Shown here one piece after another: positions 1-8,832 of a stretch of DNA of 64,000 bases; position 1 is the stretch's first letter; each line of letters starts with the position of its first letter. A program made the position numbers and the translations under genes. The notes under the pieces were generated by a model that saw only the letters and a list, made by a program, of their open reading frames with translations, had not been told where the DNA came from and made no database searches. This DNA comes from an uncultured Verrucomicrobiae bacterium (GTDB lineage Bacteria > Verrucomicrobiota > Verrucomicrobiia > Chthoniobacterales > Chthoniobacteraceae): contig CAWIKF010000002.1 in assembly GCA_963836755.1 (NCBI GenBank), forward strand, positions 1,920,001 to 1,984,000, written 5' to 3'.

Positions 1-126
1 GGTCACATCGGCGCCGTCGATGCGCACGCTTTTGACGAGCCCGAACGAGACGATGTCGCGCGTGAAGCCAGGGTATTTTACGGACGAGAGCCGCTCACGA
101 ATCTGAGCGTCGGTGAGAGCTGCCAT
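1..126 (-). CDS. mrp: Mrp/NBP35 (ApbC) Fe-S cluster carrier ATPase, N-terminal fragment (runs off window)
   Basis: Hand translation MAALTDAQIRERLSSVKYPGFTRDIVSFGLVKSVRIDGADVT matches the Mrp N-terminal 'VKYPGFxRDIVSFG' motif. Confidence 0.85.
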   Translation of the reverse strand, partial: MAALTDAQIRERLSSVKYPGFTRDIVSFGLVKSVRIDGADVT

Positions 127-162
127 TGAAGCGGCAAATCTCCGCTCTCCGGCACAGTGAAG

Positions 163-1566
163 TCAATACTGCTTGCGCATGTTGCTCGGCAGGATGCCGA
201 GTTCCGTGCGGTATTTTGCCACGGTTCGGCGCGCGATTGGGATGCCGCGCTTGCTCAAAATTTCCACAATCTCCTTGTCGCTGAGCGGAATTTTCGTGTC
301 CTCGTTTTTCACGAGCTCGGCAATGGCTTCTTTGACGCTCGTGTTGCTCATCGACGCGCCGGCGGAGGTTTGATAGCCGGGCGTGAAGAAATACTTCATG
401 TCAAAAACTCCCTGCGGCGTCGCCATGTATTTGCCGGAAATTGCGCGGCTAACCGTGGTTTCGTGGACGCCGACCACGTCCGCGATTTGCACCATCGTCA
501 GCGGCTTCAGCGCCGAGGACCCTTTGGCCAAAAACTCTTTTTGCCGCGCGACAATTTCATGCGCGATGTTCGAGATCGTCTGCTGGCGCTGGTGGATCGA
601 TTTGATGAGAAATTTGCCGCTGCGGATTTTGTCGCGGATGTATTCTTTGACCTCGTTGCCGCTGCCGTCCTTCGCCATCAAGTCCTTGTAGGTATTGCTG
701 ATGCGCAAATGTGGAATCTGCTCGCCGTTGAGCGTGATTTGATAATCGTCCTCGCCGACTTTTTCGACGTTGACATCCGGCAACACGTAGTTGTTCGGGT
801 CGGCTGTGAAAATTTGCCCGGGCTTCGGATCGAGCGTGCTAATGAAATTCTGGCAGCGCTGCACTTGATCCACAGTCGTGCCGAGGCGACGTGCGATTTC
901 CGGGAAACGGCGCTTGCCCAAATCGTCGAGATGTTTCTCGACGATGCGATATTCGAGCGTGCCTTCCTTGCCGATGCGGCGCAGTTGGATGAGCAAACAA
1001 TCGCGCAGGTCGCGCGCCCCGACGCCGATTGGGTGAAAAGTTTGGATGATCCCGAGCACGCGCTCAAGATCGGGCAGATCGAGGCCGGAATTTTGCGCGA
1101 TGTCTTCCGGCGAAGTTTGCAGGAAACCGATGTCGTCAATGTTGCCAATGATCAGCTCGGCGATTTTTCTGTCCTGATCTTCGAGGTCGCCGCCGTGGAC
1201 TTGCTCGAGCAAATGCTGCTGGAGCGTTTCGTGTGAAATGATCGAGTCAAAGAAAAACTGCCGGCGATCCTCTTCGTCCTGTGACTTTGCGGAATAGGAA
1301 TTGTTCTGCGCCATGTAATCGCGCCACTCTTCGTCGAGCTTGGCAAGGCGCTCGAATTCCTCCTTGAATTCGTCCTGCTCCTGCTGGCGGTCCTCGATGC
1401 TCGGCTCCGTGATTTCCTCCTCGAGCACCGGATTCGTCTGAATTTCCTGCTGCACGAGATTGCGCAACTCGAGCATCGGCACCTGGAGAATCTGGAGACT
1501 TTGCTGCAACTGAGGTGCGAGCACCTGTTGCATCGATACGCTTAAATTTTGCTGCATTCCGGCCAT
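163..1566 (-). CDS. rpoN: RNA polymerase sigma-54 factor
   Basis: Q-rich region I (PQLQQSLQILQ), HETTVSRA HTH, RpoN box ARRTVAKYR. Confidence 0.99.
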   Translation of the reverse strand: MAGMQQNLSVSMQQVLAPQLQQSLQILQVPMLELRNLVQQEIQTNPVLEEEITEPSIEDRQQEQDEFKEEFERLAKLDEEWRDYMAQNNSYSAKSQDEEDRRQFFFDSIISHETLQQHLLEQVHGGDLEDQDRKIAELIIGNIDDIGFLQTSPEDIAQNSGLDLPDLERVLGIIQTFHPIGVGARDLRDCLLIQLRRIGKEGTLEYRIVEKHLDDLGKRRFPEIARRLGTTVDQVQRCQNFISTLDPKPGQIFTADPNNYVLPDVNVEKVGEDDYQITLNGEQIPHLRISNTYKDLMAKDGSGNEVKEYIRDKIRSGKFLIKSIHQRQQTISNIAHEIVARQKEFLAKGSSALKPLTMVQIADVVGVHETTVSRAISGKYMATPQGVFDMKYFFTPGYQTSAGASMSNTSVKEAIAELVKNEDTKIPLSDKEIVEILSKRGIPIARRTVAKYRTELGILPSNMRKQY

Positions 1567-1604
1567 AATTTTAAAGGGAGTTGCTAATCTGAGAAAATAC
1601 TATG

Positions 1605-1621
1605 AGCAGGTTCCGCGCCAG
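1605..1621 (-). promoter_or_regulatory. Putative sigma54 -24/-12 promoter upstream of rpoN
   Basis: Minus strand CTGGCGCGGAACCTGCT = GG-N10-GC, close to TGGCACG-N4-TTGC. Confidence 0.65.
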
Positions 1622-1639
1622 CTCTTTTTTCCGCTTCTG

Positions 1640-1655
1640 CGGCCCGTGAAATGCT
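1640..1655 (+). promoter_or_regulatory. Putative sigma54 -24/-12 promoter for the microprotein pair
   Basis: CGGCCCGTGAAATGCT = GG-N10-GC, about 25 nt before the ORF start. Confidence 0.55.
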
Positions 1656-1682
1656 TGAATTTCCCTTGAAGTTCAAATGCCC

Positions 1683-1910
1683 ATGAAAAAAAACTATCTT
1701 CATCCACTCCTCTGCGGCCTTGTGCTGCTCGGAACTTCCGCGGCTGTCCATGCGGAACCTGATGCCACCGCCGCGGTGGCGCAGGAGGTTCTCCTTCAGC
1801 AAAAGGTGATCGCCGACAACCAGTCGAAAATTGACACGAAGCTTGCTGAAATCGCCGAAGATTTGCGCGTCGCTCGCATTTTCGTTTCCCGCGCGGGAGG
1901 TCGGAAATGA
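1683..1910 (+). CDS. Small secreted coiled-coil protein A
   Basis: Signal peptide MKKNYLHPLLCGLVLLGTSAAVHA, heptad-like helix; ATGA overlap with next ORF; alternative start 1677. Confidence 0.8.
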   Translation: MKKNYLHPLLCGLVLLGTSAAVHAEPDATAAVAQEVLLQQKVIADNQSKIDTKLAEIAEDLRVARIFVSRAGGRK

Positions 1911-2125
1911 AACGCGTTGCCGTCCGACTTTTCGCCACCGTCATCCTCGCGGGAGCGACTGCAAATTCACAAGCGCCCAGCGCTGCGGCTTCGCTCTTGA
2001 GCCAGCTTCAGGCCGTGCAGGCTGCGAACAAAGTCCTCATCGATCAGCAGCAAAAAACTTTGCAGATGCTGGACGAAATGAAGGCAACTGCCGAGCAGTT
2101 GAAGACTTTCGGTAAGCGCGGCTAG
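1907..2125 (+). CDS. Small secreted coiled-coil protein B (paralog of A)
   Basis: Signal-peptide-like N-terminus, Q-rich helix; aligns without gaps to protein A. Confidence 0.8.
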   Translation: MKRVAVRLFATVILAGATANSQAPSAAASLLSQLQAVQAANKVLIDQQQKTLQMLDEMKATAEQLKTFGKRG

Positions 2126-2132
2126 CGCTACT

Positions 2133-3515
2133 TTAGCGCCTCGCGGGGACGCGCGGCATCTTCACATCGAGCTTGCGATAAAGCGTCGCCATGCTGATGC
2201 CGAGCATCTTCGCGGCCTTTTCGCGGGAGCCGCCGTTGAACTTAATCGTCTCGTCGATGTAGGTGCGTTCCTGCTCGCGAATGTATTCATCGAGGGACTG
2301 TCCGATTGGCAGGGAGCTCGATTTTTCCTCCGACGGCGCGTTGGCGAGACGCACCACGTGAGGCGGGAGATCTGAGGTTTTGATCAATCCATCCTCGCAC
2401 AAAGCGCATGCCCGCTCGATCGCATTTTCAAGCTCCCGCACATTTCCCGGCCACGGATAGCGCGCTAAAACCTCGAGCGCTTTTCCATCAATCTTCTTTG
2501 GCTCGAGCCCGGTTTGCACCGCGTTCTTGTGGATGAAATGATTGACGAGCAGCGGGATGTCCTCGATCCGTTCGCGCATCGCCGGCATTTCCAGCGGGAT
2601 CACCGCGAGCCGGTAATACAAATCCTCGCGGAAATCTCCGTGCTTGGTTTTTTCCAAAAGCGATTCATTCGTCGCGGCGAGCACGCGGACATTGATCGGC
2701 ATGCTCTTCGTTTCTCCGACGCGCCGAATTTGCCGCTCCTGCAGCACCCGCAGCAACTTTGTCTGCAGCGGCTGCGCCATCGAATTCACTTCATCCAGAA
2801 AAATCGTCCCATGCGACGCCTCCTCGAACAGCCCGACCTTGTCCTGCACCGCGCCGGTAAATGCGCCTTTTTTGTGGCCGAAAAGTTCGCTCTCCAGCAA
2901 GTTTTCCGGCAGCGCTGAGCAGTTGATCGCGACGAATGGCTGATGCTGCCGCGCGGAGTTGAAATGAAGCGCGCGTGCGACTAGTTCCTTGCCCGTGCCG
3001 CTTTCGCCCTGAATTAAAATCGTGCTGTCCGTGTCCGCTATTTTTGCGATCAGGTTGTAAATTTCCTGCATCTTCTCGCTCGTGCCGATGATGTTTTCGA
3101 ACCGATACTTTTCCTTCACTGCCTGCCGCAATGTCCGGTTTTCTTTTTCCAAATGCTGGTGATCTAGCGCCCGCTGGATCGTCAGCTGCAGTTCGTCGAT
3201 CTTGAACGGCTTCACGATGTAATCGAAAGCGCCCGACTTCAGCGCTTCGACCGCGGTTTCGACTTTTGCAAAAGCCGTGATCATGATGAAAGGCGTCTGC
3301 GGCAGCGCTTCCTGACATTCCTTGAGCACATCGAAGCCGCCCACTTTTTCCATCTTCATGTCGCAAATCACCAACTGCGGCGCGACCGACCCGAGTGTCT
3401 CGATTGCCTTGACGCCGGAGTTGCATGGAATCGGTTCGTGGCCTCGGTCGCGGCAGATTGTGGAAATGACATCCACCATCGCCGGCTCGTCGTCAATAAT
3501 CATGATTCTCGCCAT
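2133..3515 (-). CDS. Sigma54-dependent response regulator (NtrC/AtoC family)
   Basis: Receiver domain (IIDDE, ICDMKM, KPF), GESGTGKE, GAFTGA, WPGNVREL, Fis-type HTH. Confidence 0.97.
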   Translation of the reverse strand: MARIMIIDDEPAMVDVISTICRDRGHEPIPCNSGVKAIETLGSVAPQLVICDMKMEKVGGFDVLKECQEALPQTPFIMITAFAKVETAVEALKSGAFDYIVKPFKIDELQLTIQRALDHQHLEKENRTLRQAVKEKYRFENIIGTSEKMQEIYNLIAKIADTDSTILIQGESGTGKELVARALHFNSARQHQPFVAINCSALPENLLESELFGHKKGAFTGAVQDKVGLFEEASHGTIFLDEVNSMAQPLQTKLLRVLQERQIRRVGETKSMPINVRVLAATNESLLEKTKHGDFREDLYYRLAVIPLEMPAMRERIEDIPLLVNHFIHKNAVQTGLEPKKIDGKALEVLARYPWPGNVRELENAIERACALCEDGLIKTSDLPPHVVRLANAPSEEKSSSLPIGQSLDEYIREQERTYIDETIKFNGGSREKAAKMLGISMATLYRKLDVKMPRVPARR

Positions 3516-3610
3516 AGTTTCAGAGTGATTCGCAGAAACGAAACTGTTTCAACGATGAGAAAAGTAAAGTTTTATTTTTGCGAAAAAGGTTTTTGCTCTT
3601 TCGCTTGCCG

Positions 3611-4258
3611 CTAGCTTTGTAACCTCGCCAAAGCGGCCTCATGCACTGTTGCCGATTCGTCGGGCGAGGTGACCGTGACATCGAGGTCGCGGATCAATCC
3701 GTCTTTCAATCCATACACCCAGCCGTGCACGCAAAGGTCTTGGCCGGCTGCCCACGCATCGGCGACAACGTTTGTGCGGCAGACATTTGCGACCTGCTCG
3801 ATTACGTTCAGCTCACACAGGCGATCGGCGGCTTCCGTTTCATCCGTGAAACCCGTGAGATGAGTGGCGTATTTTGCCTGCACGTCCTGCACGTGACGCA
3901 GCCAATTATCGGCGAGCCCAATACGCCTGCGCTGCAGCACGGCTCTCACTCCGCTGCAGCCGTAATGCCCGCAGACGATAATGTGGCGGACTTTCAGAAT
4001 TTCCACGGCGAACTGGAGCACCGAGAGGCAGTTGAGGTCCGAGTGCACCACGATGTTCGCGACGTTCCGATGAACGAAAAGTTCGCCCGGCAGCAGGCCG
4101 ACGATTTCGTTTGCCGGGACACGGCTGTCGGCGCATCCGATCCACAGATAGCTGGGCGATTGCTGGGCGGAGAGTTTGAGAAAAAAATCGGGATCGCGCT
4201 GACGGATACTGTCCGCCCAAGCCTTGTTCTTTTCAAAAAGGATGCTGAGAGTTCTCAT
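3611..4258 (-). CDS. can: Beta-class carbonic anhydrase
   Basis: CADSRVP and GHYGCSG zinc-ligand motifs. Confidence 0.97.
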   Translation of the reverse strand: MRTLSILFEKNKAWADSIRQRDPDFFLKLSAQQSPSYLWIGCADSRVPANEIVGLLPGELFVHRNVANIVVHSDLNCLSVLQFAVEILKVRHIIVCGHYGCSGVRAVLQRRRIGLADNWLRHVQDVQAKYATHLTGFTDETEAADRLCELNVIEQVANVCRTNVVADAWAAGQDLCVHGWVYGLKDGLIRDLDVTVTSPDESATVHEAALARLQS

Positions 4259-4318
4259 AACCCACGTGGGCTTAGGCTGTCCGCGCGCCGCTTTGCAATC
4301 CTTAAAGTGCAGCGCCGG

Positions 4319-4765
4319 CTACGCTTGAGGTTTCGCCAGCGTCTCGTCCACGAGCTCCGCGACGAGCGTCACCGTCGTATCACCGCGCAGCGCCTTTGAA
4401 TAAGGGCAGGTCTCGTGGGCCGCAGTCATCATGCGCTCGACTTCCGGTAGATCGATGCCCGGCAATTGCGCATGCAGCTCGACACCGAGGCGATAGCCAC
4501 CGTCTTCTTCCTCGATCAAGCTGACGAGCGCGCGAACGGTGGAATCTTTCAGCTTCACGTCCATGCGCTTTGCGGCATTGAGCAGCGCGCCGTGATAACA
4601 AGCGGAGTAGGCGCCGGCGAAAAGAAGTTCCGGGCTTGGGCCGCCCTTTTCAGCGCCTTCCTCGAGCGGATTGCCGAGGGTCACATCAAGCAGGTGATCG
4701 GGATTCGAAATGCTGCCGGAGCGGCCGCCTTTCGAGATCGCCTCGCTGGTAAACAAAGTTTTCAT
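4319..4765 (-). CDS. ohr: Organic hydroperoxide resistance protein (Ohr/OsmC family)
   Basis: GGRSG, PELLFAGAYSACY, AHETCPYSKALRG. Confidence 0.93.
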   Translation of the reverse strand: MKTLFTSEAISKGGRSGSISNPDHLLDVTLGNPLEEGAEKGGPSPELLFAGAYSACYHGALLNAAKRMDVKLKDSTVRALVSLIEEEDGGYRLGVELHAQLPGIDLPEVERMMTAAHETCPYSKALRGDTTVTLVAELVDETLAKPQA

Positions 4766-4859
4766 GCCCAATCATCGTTCCGATTCCACGCGATGGCTGT
4801 GCGGACGCCGCGCATATTTTGCTCGGAAGCGGCGAAGCGTCCGGCGCACATTCCCCGGC

Positions 4860-5423
4860 ATGACGCGCTGCCCTTGGGCCACGGCCGAGCCGAACATCAC
4901 CTATCACGACTGCGAGTGGGGTGTGCCGGAGCATGATGATCGGAAGCTGTTCGAGTTTTTGATTTTGGAAGGAGCGCAGGCCGGGCTAAGCTGGACGACG
5001 ATTTTGAAAAAGCGTGCGAATTATCGGGCGGCGTTTGCACAATGGGATGTGCAAGCCGTGGCAGACTTTGACGCGCAAGACGTGGCGCGGCTGCAGGGCG
5101 ACGCCGGCATCGTGCGCAATCGGTTGAAAATCGCCGCAGCCATCCGCAACGCGCAGGCATTTCTCGAAGTGCAAAAGGAATGCAAAAGTTTTGACGCCTA
5201 TCTCTGGAGCTTTGTCGGCGGGAAGCCGTTGCAAAGCCGCCGGCGCTCGATCGCCGATGTGCCTGCGCGCACTGCCGAATCGGACGCGTTGAGCGAAGAC
5301 CTGCGGCGGCGCGGTTTCAAATTTGTAGGCACGACCATTTGCTACGCGATGATGCAGGCGTGCGGGCTCGTGAACGATCATCTCGTGACCTGCCCGCGCT
5401 GCACGGAGCTGGATGGTGGATAG
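4860..5423 (+). CDS. tag: DNA-3-methyladenine glycosylase I
   Basis: MTRCPW..YHDxEWG, LEGAQAGLSW, NDHLVTC; start taken at MTRCPW. Confidence 0.96.
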   Translation: MTRCPWATAEPNITYHDCEWGVPEHDDRKLFEFLILEGAQAGLSWTTILKKRANYRAAFAQWDVQAVADFDAQDVARLQGDAGIVRNRLKIAAAIRNAQAFLEVQKECKSFDAYLWSFVGGKPLQSRRRSIADVPARTAESDALSEDLRRRGFKFVGTTICYAMMQACGLVNDHLVTCPRCTELDGG

Positions 5424-5563
5424 CTGGAACTTTGTGCTTGCGCGCGTTCCGAAATTGATGTGGATGGAAAGCAATCCCACCCCGTCTGTGCGCATGTGCC
5501 TTTCGCTCAACTCTCGTCGTTGCGTCCCAGTGCCGCGAGCAGGCCTCGCGAACTTTTAAAGCT

Positions 5564-6808
5564 ATGAAAATCAAAAAATACACCATCGGAATGGGCGACC
5601 GCTTCGCTCATCAAGGCAACGCGCAGCTCACGGCAGTGCTCCAGGCGCGGGACGCCGGCGTCGAAATCTACCCGGTCTGGAACAAGTCCAACCGCGAACA
5701 CACGATCGTCAAAAGCAAGCCGGCCGACCTGCGCGCGGAAGCTGATGCGGCTGTGGCTGCGCTCGGATGGAAGGAAGCTTACTATGTGGACGCCGACCAT
5801 ATCGGTTTGAAGACCGTGGATAGCTTCATCGACGGCAGCGACTTTTACACGCTAGATGTGGCGGACTTCACGGGAAAAGCCGCCGATGAGGCGACGATCG
5901 AGAAGTTCGTCAAATCGATGGATGACTACCTCGGCTCGCTGGAAATCGCCGGCATCGACGACCCGATCGAACTGACGGAAGTTTCCGTGCGTGCGGCGGC
6001 TGGAAAGTTCCTTCTTGCGACGCAGGAAGCAGGGCGCATTTACCGTCACATCGAAGCCAAAAAGGGCGCCGGGAATTTCGTGACCGAAGTCTCAGTCGAC
6101 GAAACCGATACTCCGCAAACTCCAGTGGAGTTGTTTTTGATCCTGGCCATGATCGCAGCCGAAGGAGTCCCGGCACAAACAGTAGCTCCAAAGTTCACCG
6201 GCCGATTCAACAAAGGTGTCGATTATGTGGGTAACCTTGCGCAGTTTGAAAAGGAGTTCGACGAAGACCTTTGCGTCATCGCCTTTGCCATCCGAGAGTT
6301 CGGCTTGCCGGATAGCTTGAAACTAAGTGTCCATTCCGGCAGCGATAAGTTTTCACTCTATTCAATCATCAACCGCCTCGTCAAAAAGCACGACGCAGGT
6401 CTTCACGTGAAGACTGCTGGAACCACGTGGCTTGAGGAAGTCATAGGTCTCGCTGAAGCGGGCGGCGAGGGATTGGTGATCGCAAAGGAAGTCTATGCCG
6501 GAGCTTATGCGCGGTTCGATGAACTGACCGGGCCCTATGCAACAGTGATCGACATTGACAAGGCGAAGCTGCCGAAGCCGGAGGCGGTAGAGCAGTGGGA
6601 TTCGGTGAAATACGTGAATACATTGCGCCATGTGCAAAGCAACCCGGACTATAACCAACACTTCCGGCAGTTGATCCACGTGGGATTCAAAGTAGCCGCC
6701 GAAATGAAGACCCGCTACACCGACGCCCTTGCTGCCAATGAAGCGATCATCGCTAGAAACGTGACCGGCAACCTTTACGACCGTCACATCAAGCCCATCT
6801 TCGGATAG
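5564..6808 (+). CDS. uxaE: D-tagaturonate/D-fructuronate epimerase (UxaE family)
   Basis: GMGDRF, DADH, EVSVDET, KGVDY, LSVHSGSDKFS, HVKTAGTTWLE motifs. Confidence 0.92.
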   Translation: MKIKKYTIGMGDRFAHQGNAQLTAVLQARDAGVEIYPVWNKSNREHTIVKSKPADLRAEADAAVAALGWKEAYYVDADHIGLKTVDSFIDGSDFYTLDVADFTGKAADEATIEKFVKSMDDYLGSLEIAGIDDPIELTEVSVRAAAGKFLLATQEAGRIYRHIEAKKGAGNFVTEVSVDETDTPQTPVELFLILAMIAAEGVPAQTVAPKFTGRFNKGVDYVGNLAQFEKEFDEDLCVIAFAIREFGLPDSLKLSVHSGSDKFSLYSIINRLVKKHDAGLHVKTAGTTWLEEVIGLAEAGGEGLVIAKEVYAGAYARFDELTGPYATVIDIDKAKLPKPEAVEQWDSVKYVNTLRHVQSNPDYNQHFRQLIHVGFKVAAEMKTRYTDALAANEAIIARNVTGNLYDRHIKPIFG

Positions 6809-6820
6809 AACTAAGTCAGG

Positions 6821-7765
6821 ATGAAATATCGCAAACTCGGCAACACTGGCCTTGAAGTATCGGTGCTAGGCTTCGGCGGTTCCTCGCTCGGCTCTGTCTT
6901 CAAGGCCATCAATGAATCCGAAGGCATTAAGGCAGTCCACGTTGCCATTGATCATGGGATCAACATTATCGACACAGCTCCCTACTACGGTGCGACCACC
7001 GCGGAAGCTGTTTTAGGTAAGGCGTTGAAGGAGATTCCGCGCGAGAAGTATTACCTCGCTACCAAAGTCGCGCGCTATGGCGATGAGATCAAAGACTTTG
7101 ACTTCTCGGCGGCGCGAGTGATGCAAAGTGTCGAGCAAAGTCTGCAAAGGTTGAACGTCGACTATCTCGACTTCATACAGGTGCACGACATGGAGTTCGG
7201 CGATATCGACGTGATAGTCAATGAAACCATTCCGGCTTTGCGCAAGATGCAAAGGGAAGGCAAGGCTCGTTTCGTTGGAATTACTTGCCTGCCAGTCTGG
7301 CTGTTTGAAAAAGTAATGGATCAGGTGGAGGTGGATCAAATCCAATCCTACTGTCACTACTGCCTCAACGATACGGCCCTCGCGGGAATGCTACCTTACT
7401 TTCAGCAGAAAGGAGTTGGCATCTTTAATTCCGCGCCGCTGGCGATGCGTCTTCTAAGCGATGAAGGCCCGCCCAAGTGGCATCCCGCGCCTGCCGAGGT
7501 TCGCGAGAAGTGTGCCGAAGCTGCAAGATACTGCCGCGAGCGCGGTGCGGACATTGGAAAGCTAGCTTTGCAGTTTTCGGTAGCTAATCCCGCCATCCAT
7601 ACCAACATTGTCGGCACTGCAAATCCTAATCGCATACTCCAAAACATCCGCGAGATGGAAGAACCACTGGACGAGGAGTTGTTGCACGGAGTCTTGGAAC
7701 TCCTAAGGCCGATTCATAACCGAACCTGGGCTTCGGGACGCCCGGAAAACAATCACCCATGCTGA
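6821..7765 (+). CDS. Aldo/keto reductase, L-galactose dehydrogenase subfamily
   Basis: LGSVF, DTAPYYG, HDMEF, ETIPAL, SYCHY, GPPKWHPA resemble plant and Bacteroides L-galactose dehydrogenases. Confidence 0.88.
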   Translation: MKYRKLGNTGLEVSVLGFGGSSLGSVFKAINESEGIKAVHVAIDHGINIIDTAPYYGATTAEAVLGKALKEIPREKYYLATKVARYGDEIKDFDFSAARVMQSVEQSLQRLNVDYLDFIQVHDMEFGDIDVIVNETIPALRKMQREGKARFVGITCLPVWLFEKVMDQVEVDQIQSYCHYCLNDTALAGMLPYFQQKGVGIFNSAPLAMRLLSDEGPPKWHPAPAEVREKCAEAARYCRERGADIGKLALQFSVANPAIHTNIVGTANPNRILQNIREMEEPLDEELLHGVLELLRPIHNRTWASGRPENNHPC

Positions 7766-8151
7766 AGAGCGGTATCTTAAACCCGCAGATCAACTCACTG
7801 CTAAGTCGAGTGCGTCATACGAATGCGCTGGTCATTTCCGATCTTGGTTTTCCATTCTGGCCGATGGTTGAAACAGTGGACATCTCCTTGGTGAAAGGCG
7901 TGCCGACTATTCCGCAGCTACTTGCGGCGATCCTGCCGAACTTTAACGCCGGAGAAGCTTTCATGGCCGAAGAATTCCTGGCGAACAATGACCAAGCTGC
8001 TTGCGCCGTCTTTACAGAAGCGTTGGGTAATGTGCCTCTAACCTTCGAGCCTCATGAGGCAAAGTTTAAAAAACGAGTGCCTTCAGCCATAGGTCTTATT
8101 CGAACTGGTGATGCGACGCCTTATGGGAACATCATTCTAGTTTCGGCCTAG
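7759..8151 (+). CDS. RbsD/FucU-family sugar pyranase/mutarotase
   Basis: GILN..RVRHTN.LVISD.GFP and IRTGDATPYGNIILVS. Confidence 0.9.
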   Translation: MLKSGILNPQINSLLSRVRHTNALVISDLGFPFWPMVETVDISLVKGVPTIPQLLAAILPNFNAGEAFMAEEFLANNDQAACAVFTEALGNVPLTFEPHEAKFKKRVPSAIGLIRTGDATPYGNIILVSA

Positions 8152-8154
8152 GTC

Positions 8155-8808
8155 ATGAAGCTCCTTGATTTATCGCAGCCTATTTACCACGGAGGTCCAA
8201 ACTGCCCCGCGCATCCGCCCGTAAAGAGCGAGATCATCGCCGACCATCCCGTTGACGGCTGGCGATTGGAACTGCTAACTCTTGCGAGCCACACTGGCAG
8301 TCATGTAGATGCTCCATTGCATAAGGTAGCCGGCGGGGCGGACATTGACGGAATTGCACTTGACTCCTTTGTAGGTCCTGCTTGCGTCGTGGACATACGA
8401 GGTATTGGCGCGAACGAGCCAATTACCCCGCAACTATTGGATCAACATCTTCAACTGCGCTTGGATGACACCATCGTCCTTCTCGCTACCGGCTGGGGAA
8501 CGAAGCGCGCAAAGACGGATGAATGGCATCATCACTCGCCATACCTTTCGCCGGCCGCGGCGCAATGGCTGGCTGAGAAAAATGTGCGCGGAGTTGGAAT
8601 CGACCACTACTCCATCGGCGGCAGCCGTGATCCCGATAACACTCGGACACACGAGATTCTGCTGGGCGCGAACGTGTGGGTGGTGGAGGATTTGAATTTC
8701 CCGGCAGAGGTATGGAGCTTGCGGCAGCCTTTTACATTCTGGGCCTTGCCGGTTAACTTAAAGAACCATTCGGGCGCTTTCTGCCGACCGGTGGCGCTTG
8801 TTGAATAA
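8155..8808 (+). CDS. Cyclase-family (kynurenine formamidase-like) metal hydrolase
   Basis: HTGSHVDAP motif, GIDHYS, H..LL....VVE.L. Confidence 0.92.
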   Translation: MKLLDLSQPIYHGGPNCPAHPPVKSEIIADHPVDGWRLELLTLASHTGSHVDAPLHKVAGGADIDGIALDSFVGPACVVDIRGIGANEPITPQLLDQHLQLRLDDTIVLLATGWGTKRAKTDEWHHHSPYLSPAAAQWLAEKNVRGVGIDHYSIGGSRDPDNTRTHEILLGANVWVVEDLNFPAEVWSLRQPFTFWALPVNLKNHSGAFCRPVALVE

Positions 8809-8832
8809 CGTGAACATGAAACCCTTGTAAAA

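Noticed and set aside
157..1236. 359 aa plus-strand ORF and many similar long antisense ORFs (e.g. 22403-23662, 48516-49463, 57414-58439)
   Set aside because: Shadow ORFs opposite well-supported genes, expected in GC-rich DNA; no recognisable motifs
5424..5563. Operator or promoter for the sugar cluster (weak TGGAAAGCAATCCCA palindrome)
   Set aside because: Too degenerate and no cognate regulator in the window
8155..8808. Kynurenine pathway assignment (kynB)
   Set aside because: No kynA or kynU nearby; the context is entirely sugar-acid metabolism
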